A DNA stretch of 64,000 nt, from contig CM120648.1 of NCBI GenBank assembly GCA_051362555.1, forward strand, positions 15,744,587 to 15,808,586. The letters run 5' to 3'. This DNA comes from Lingula anatina. Lineage: Eukaryota > Animalia > Brachiopoda. The notes beneath the pieces were generated by a model. It was not told the origin of the DNA. It searched no databases and was given only the letters and a program-made list of their open reading frames with translations. Of this stretch, positions 48,445-64,000 are shown in pieces. Made by a program: the position numbers and the translations under genes. Within the stretch, counting starts at the first letter, position 1, and each line of letters begins with the position of its first letter.

Positions 48445-49798
48445 GTAATAATAATAATAATAATTCATTCAGCTTAAGTATATTTATAATTACAATATAT
48501 ACATAAATATATCAGAAATTTGAATACTGATGGTGCTCTTAAAAGTGGTACGAAAATAAAAATAATGATAATAACAAAATCCTGAAGTTTGAGATGTAAA
48601 AAAAAAAAATAAATAAAGAAATAAAATAAAACATAGTGTATTAAAATATAGTTAAAATTAAAAATTAGAGTTAGAAACATCTAAAGATTTTGACTTTTTT
48701 TAATCCTCTTACTTCCTTTTAAAAGTTAAAAGCATTTTGTGATTTGGTAAAAATTGAACAAGATTCAACCAGAATGAAAATAGCCACTCATCGCAAGCAC
48801 CCTCCTCTTCCCCACTCAATATAGTTTCTGACAATAAAATGTAATACGGAAGAAAAGCAAGAAGAGAATATTAAAAAACCATTCACCTGTCTACATGTAT
48901 CATTAGAAAAAAAAAGATAATAATAGTTACGCAGAATTGTACCCCTTAATTAATTTATCAATTAATTAATATATTTATTTGACAATATAGAAATGAAGAT
49001 CTAAATGCAGATCTATGACGATAAGAATGTGCACAGCTAGTAGAAAGAGAAACATCTTTATATATCAAGTAAACATCTCGTTGACCCTGCCCGACTATAC
49101 GCACTGTATGCCTTTAACGTTTTGGGTGCACGTGGCTAACAGGTTATCAAGGACATATCGAGGTGACTGCCGGGTGAATCACCTTATCGTAATAGACTGT
49201 GACATTGCATTCAGCGCACGTAATGTAAATGTACAAGTATGAAATACTTTATCAGTGACCTATAAACTCGTAGTTCATGACTTTCTTAAAGAACTTGCTG
49301 TAGCAGCCCCAATATAGGCATTTTGCAGCTGACTAGACGTTGACTTCTTTTGTTTACTTTAGAGCTTGCTCCAGTCCGAATGGGGATGAGAGACGTGCTG
49401 GGTATTTTTTGTTCCCGTTGCACTTTGCTACTAGTTCACGTAACCCGTATCTGCTGTTGCACTCAGTTTAAAATAGCACTTATAATTCCTTTGCTGGGCA
49501 CTTGGCATGTTAGGGACGAAACGTGTGAAAATGTACTAGGTCATGGTGGTGCTGGTGATATGGACGACATTGCCCAACGCCACACTTGGTGACCCAGACT
49601 GTTGCAGAATTCAATAAATTGAATGAATGGTAAGTTAATCTGTTCTCGTTCATCAACAATGTGAAACTATAAACTCTGGGTTCAGTCAACGTGTTACTAG
49701 TACTTACCGGGGTCAAATGTTTCCATGTGTAATGTTGAAATATATGCAACCACCACAACAGAGAGTGACAGCACGAATACTTTGAACTTAAACCCCAT
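46535..49798 (-). CDS. HSD11B1L: 11-beta-hydroxysteroid dehydrogenase 1-like SDR, paralog 1 (300 aa, most diverged)
   Basis: Exons 49798-49708, 48404-48274, 48050-47949, 47507-47294, 47098-46961, 46761-46535 (903 nt, in phase); [19 protein letters not shown]. Confidence 0.92.
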
Positions 49799-49887
49799 TG
49801 CCTTGTTGTTGTTTCCCCGTGTCTAATAGGTCCTAGGTGTTAGAAATCCTCCCTCAGCTATTCATTCAGCCCAGTCGGATCGATTAT

Positions 49888-49898
49888 TATGTAGGTCA
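49888..49898. promoter_or_regulatory. RORE-type element upstream of paralog 1
   Basis: TATGTAGGTCA matches WAWNTRGGTCA, 90-100 bp upstream of the ATG. Confidence 0.45.
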
Positions 49899-51348
49899 GT
49901 TGTTAAATGTGAGGTGAAATATAGCTGCAAAGTCCAAGTATAGACATAAGGGGACCAGTATGTCACCTTACCTCCATGAAAGCATCAAAGGAAAATTATT
50001 AATTATTTATTTATTCACTAATATGTTTATATCTTTGTTAACTAGTACATAGAAACCACGCGTGATTTTGATAACTTTAATTAAATGTCTTAGAGGGCCT
50101 TCTATTTTTTTTTCCTTTTGATTTAGATCAGTTCAGTTTATTTTATTTTATTAAAGTCTCACCCATAAAGGTAAAAAATAAAAAAAATAAGAATTAAAAC
50201 AGTCATTACAACAAGGCAGTTCTATAAAGAACTATGAGCGACTGATTAGCATAAAACACGTACCGTAATTATGTCGCCAACCCAACTGCGTCTTGAGCAG
50301 GCTGTTTGGGGAGATTATTATGTGGAGCTCCAAGAACAAAAATGAGGAAAGTAACCCTTTTTCATGGTGTTCAGATAGTTCATTGCGTAAGCTAGAGTGA
50401 AAACAAGGCAAAAAAAAGTGCAAGAGTTTATAAAAAAGCATTATTTTTACCGAAAAAAAGATGGGGCTTGAATAGCTTTTTTTCTATACTTTTTTATTTC
50501 CTTTTACATAAAAGGGCAGTAGTTTTATTCATATAAATATTTTCTTTTGTACAACACTTTTAATAACGTGTAAATGCACCATTCACTTAAAATACAGCCA
50601 GTCTGTCAATAATGATATCTATAACTACATTATACCTAATCTAATACAACTAACGTAAATCATGCATCTCCATTACTAAAACAGAAAAGGTTTTAATTTC
50701 TCTCCTCATTACACTGAGATGCAGTAAATCTGTTGGCAGTGATAATCTGAGATTCACTTCTGGTTAAATTTAGCAAAACTACCTGTCAGAACACATTATT
50801 AATAACACATGATCGTTTATAGTATATGGATCAATAATTGAATCTTTCTCTTCGGAAATTACCATTCACTATTATTTTTACCTAAACTAAATATATTATC
50901 AATACCTTGAGGAAAGTCTAGTAAAAGAACAGTAAAAGTTGTCCCTTCAAATATCACGTCGATTTCCTTTCTTTCTACAAGTAAGGCGTATGTATTGGCA
51001 AAGTTGGCCGTTGAGTATTGTACAAGTTAAAAAAAGACATACGCCGCTTTTATAGCAGTCCTACCAAGACGGCGCTACAATCTGAGGCAAATTTTGTAAA
51101 AAAATAATGTCCAACTGCTTTGAAAGAAACGCAACGCAGCCTGCTCATATAAGTTCAGCAAGTTTGTGAGATGACTGTATTCATTTTAACGGAGTCATCG
51201 CAATCATTTTGTGACAAGTAGATAGTAATATCACAAGCATATCATGCTCCTTATATTCCTTTAGTCAATACTGTTAAAAGTAAGTCGGATATATCCATTT
51301 TGGAATCAACAGAAAGGTGATGTCTTCGTTTGCTGGAATATCTATGTC

Positions 51349-63871
<12,523 letters not shown>

Positions 63872-64000
63872 CTGGATGAAAAAAGAATATAATTATTACA
63901 TTACATGCAATAAGTTTACTCGTCTCCTAATTCAATTATTTCTCCGAACAATCCCTGAATAATTAAGTCAATTATACAATAATATATATATAAAATAAAG

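Noticed and set aside
48256-48477. Poly-Tyr and poly-Ile ORFs
   Set aside because: (TAA)n microsatellite read in frame with exon 2 of paralog 1.

Overview
AT-rich eukaryotic genomic DNA from an invertebrate (probably lophotrochozoan or mollusc; inference). It has no prokaryotic genes, CRISPR, rRNA or tRNA. The right half holds three intact tandem 11-beta-HSD1-like short-chain dehydrogenase genes (minus strand, 6 coding exons each) and 23 exons of a villin/advillin gene whose first coding exon lies beyond the window. The left half is repeat-dominated. Its main block is a 12.8-kb nest of transposons: a Harbinger-type element contains a GGCC-TIR element, which contains a full-length L1/Tx1 LINE, which contains a Tc1 element; a second Harbinger copy and a MITE also sit in the outer element. 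The window also has two copies of a 1.3-kb Crypton-like element whose terminal palindrome is completed only on circularisation, a decayed large transposase, a DIRS/Ngaro remnant and a Penelope-type hammerhead ribozyme motif. The least expected signal is absent from the ORF track: plus-strand micro-exons at 6784-11893 splice in phase into a Ser/Thr/Pro stalk, a transmembrane helix and a tail ending DTQV*, with one exon split by the DIRS/Ngaro insertion. All models were read by eye and are unconfirmed.
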